The notes beneath the pieces were generated by a model. That model had not been told where the DNA came from. It searched no databases and saw only the letters and a program-made list of their open reading frames with translations. The position numbers and the translations under genes were made by a program. A stretch of 64,000 bases of DNA from Amphiscolops sp. MND2022 (lineage: Eukaryota). The stretch is taken from contig OZ076409.1 in NCBI GenBank assembly GCA_964187785.1, forward strand, positions 98,582,001 to 98,646,000. The letters run 5' to 3'. Shown here piece after piece: positions 60,818 through 64,000 of the stretch; positions within the stretch are counted from its first letter, which is position 1, and every line of letters starts with the position of its first letter.

Positions 60818-63800
60818 TTTTCCAAATATGCAAGCCCGATATTTGCCCAGAAAAAACCCAATGGTAAATTGCGACTTTTAGTCGATTTGCGTAAGATTAA
60901 CAATCTTATCTCGGATGATTATATCAACAACAACCATCCAGTGAGCACACTTACCGATGCAGCCCAACATATGGCCGGGAAGAAGCTATTTTGTACGCTA
61001 GACTGCTCCCAAGCATACCATTGCCTACAAATGGCGGACCAACGGTCCATTGAAATGCTTGCTTTCAATTTCGCCAGCAGAACCTTTGCGTACAGAAGAT
61101 TGGCACAGGGACTCAGCAGAGCCCTATCGGCCTTCTCTAGCTTTATGCGCGAATACTTAGACAAAGTCATCAAAGCAGACCAATGTGCCCAATACGTCGA
61201 TGATATTGGCATCGCTGCCAACGATGCTGAACAACTCATCAACAACCTGAGGGCCACATTTCAATGCATACAAAAAGCTGGTATCAAGCTTACGATGCAT
61301 AAATGCCATTTTGGCGCAACGGAAATCGATTTTCTGGGACGTACCATCACTCCTGCGGGAGTGAAGCCGCAGAGACCACGGGTCCAAAATTTCCTGGAAA
61401 ATACCAATTTTCCGAAATTCAAGAAAGCACTTCAACGCTACCTGGGATTCTTAAACTATTACAGGAACTACATCCCAAGGCTGTCAGAGAAACTAACACC
61501 GTTTTTCAAATTGCTTACAAAAGATGAAAAAGTCCTGGTTACTCCGGACCTCCTGGAGAAATTCACCGGGATAAATAAGGCTCTTGACCGATGTTGTGAA
61601 CTGGCACTCAAACAACCTTTACCGAACAAACAAATAGCCCTTATGACCGACGCTAGCTTTTCGGCTGCAGGGTATGCGGTTCTCATCGAAGATGATCCCC
61701 TCGAGAAATATACCTCTACGAGGAAAACTTTCGCACCAGTAGCTTACGGATCCAAGACCTTTAGTCCTACCCAATTGAAAATGTCCATCTACGCAAAGGA
61801 ATTCCTGGCAAATTTCTTTGCCTTCAAAGAATTCGGACACATATTTTGGGGAACCCCGAAACCGGTGATTATACTTACAGACAACAAATCAGTCACAAGA
61901 TTTTTTCAAACAAAAATCATTCCTCCAACTCTATGGAACGCATGTGACTACGTCATTCAGTTCAACTTCACCATTGCTCACATACCCGGCAAAAACAACA
62001 CTGCCGCAGACTATTTGTCCCGACTCGAAATCTCTCCAAAAGAAAAATTGATCCTCAGGATAAGAGAAGATATTCCAACAACACCGATTGAACTACATGT
62101 CCAATCGGCGGGAGTGTCAAAAGAGGAACAAATTTTCTTCACGGATGACGACGACGAGACGGAAGAACAAATCCTACAACGCAAAAGGGACGCTAGAGCC
62201 CACCCAGCACATCAACTACCAGATATCTCATTCGAAAAATTCACAACACACAAAAGCCAATACCACAAACTTTCCACAATCCAAAAACTAACCAGCATAA
62301 ACTCCATAGCGGTCGAACAAAACAATGACATTATTTTACAACAACTACGACTCAAGATACTCAAAGAAATTTACTCAGAGTCCATACTAATGCAAGACAA
62401 TCGATACCAACATTACTGTCGCCAAATGGACCGACTGTCCGTTACAGACGAAATCATCACCAGGCAGTATTTTGATGAAACAGGGGCAGTTAAATACAAT
62501 CAGGTGCTCTTGCCAAAGCATTTAGTCGCAGAACTCCTTGAATCCTTACATGGGAAAGCAACTAAACACCCAGGCATATCCTAGATGCTTATCGAAATTC
62601 GACAAAAATACTATTACCCAGGAACTGCGAAAATTGTCAAAAAATGGGTTCAGGGATGTGAAATTTGTATCAAGGGCAAACGAATTCCCAATTCATCCAT
62701 TACCCCTGAACTCCTCAATTTGCCTGAATGGGACCTAGGACCAGAAGATGCAATGCAAATTGATTTGTTACCAAACTTACCACCAAGTGCTGGATACGAA
62801 AATATCATCACTGCAATGGATGTGTTTTCAAGATATCTTTTTGCCTATCCAGTCACGGACGCTTCGGCCATAAATACGGCAAAAGTCATCATCGATATAA
62901 TGACCAAGCACACCTATTTGCCCACTACCTTGATTACAGACAGAGGTACAGCCTTCACGTCCAAGTTGGTGGCTGAGATCGCTCAAATTTTAGGAATCCA
63001 AATGAAATGTGCGACTACAAAACACCCACAAACCATTGGCAAACTTGAGCGAACGCACGCCAGCCTCAAAACAAACTTAAAAATGGCCTCAGGGGACTAT
63101 AGGCGACAATGGCATAAATATCTACCTTTAGCTGTCCTAAATTATGACACGACGTATCACGCCACCCTGGGCTGCGAACCAACCAAAATTTTTCACGGAC
63201 GTATTCCATATAATATTCTTGATCATAAATTGGGACTTAATCCGAACCCCAAGGTCCTTCCGACTACAGATTTTGCAGACGAATTTCAAAGACGAACACA
63301 AGTACTGATGGACTCCACGAAGAAAAACATCATGCAATCCTACTTGAAATACAAGGAATACTATGATCGCAAGGCAAAAGCAGCACCTTTGAAACTAAAC
63401 GACTATTGTTTTATATTACAACCTATTGCTGACCACCAAGGATCAAAAATACCATTTCGCGAATACCGGTGGACTGGACCCTACATAGTAGAAAAGGTAT
63501 TACCGAATGACAATTACTTTGTCAGGAAACTCAATTCCAATAAAACACAGATCCTACACCGTATCAGATTGCGTAAATACGAACCGAAAACCGATCTACG
63601 AGATATTCGACCGGAAGGCAACTTGCAACAGGATGACGAAATTGTTATTCCGCAAGACGACTTGTACGTTATTACGTGGGAAACCAACTTCGGAGAATTT
63701 CCCAATTCGGCCGAAAAAGCCACATTTCCTACGAACCTAGACGCCACAGACGCTTCTAATGACCTCGTGGACGTTGACAGCTCGCCAGGAGAAGTTTTCA

Positions 63801-64000
63801 CTGACGTGGACCTCGGGTCCACCGGGCCACACCAAAATAACGACGTTGATATGACTGAACAAACGTGCCCGGACCGCCTTACCGACCAGACTGATGATCA
63901 ACAATCATCAGGAGGGAGAGATACTATCGTGCCCGAAGTATCAGACGATGAAAATGATGATGTGATTGTAGACGATAAAAGTCCCAGGGGAGGAAGATAT
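60818..64000 (+). pseudogene. pol: Duplicated RT-RH-IN (60818-63638 repeats 57997-60817) plus acidic C-terminal tail running off the window
   Basis: Period 2821; stop TAG at 62582-62584 where copy 1 has AAG; continues DDEIVIPQDDLYVITWETNF. Confidence 0.95.

Noticed and set aside
60686..62584. Independent second pol gene with its own start
   Set aside because: Its N-terminus is out-of-frame integrase sequence read across the duplication junction

Overview
AT-rich eukaryotic, probably invertebrate, DNA made almost entirely of nested transposons; no host gene is supportable. LTR retrotransposons: a rearranged Ty1/copia (13291-19151, -), a full-length BEL/Pao (19592-28629, -), a full-length Mag-like Ty3/gypsy (30796-36867, -), a decayed relative of it (~40430-45780, -) and a long-LTR Ty3/gypsy (from ~53364 past the window end, +). 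The rest includes a pogo/Tigger relic, Helentron-like (HINE) elements, CCC...GGG non-autonomous elements with 2-bp TSDs, a foldback carrying a ~1.45-kb tandem array, and a tRNA-derived SINE head. Most striking: in the last gypsy element about 215 codons lie inside the 5' LTR and appear to run through the LTR/PBS junction into gag. A diverged solo-LTR relic at 3061-3570 keeps the same protein and ends at the same nucleotide phase. That element also has an A_AAA_AAC -1 frameshift site, a dUTPase-like domain and a 2821-bp tandem duplication of RT-RH-IN. All counts and alignments were made by eye; no searches were run.
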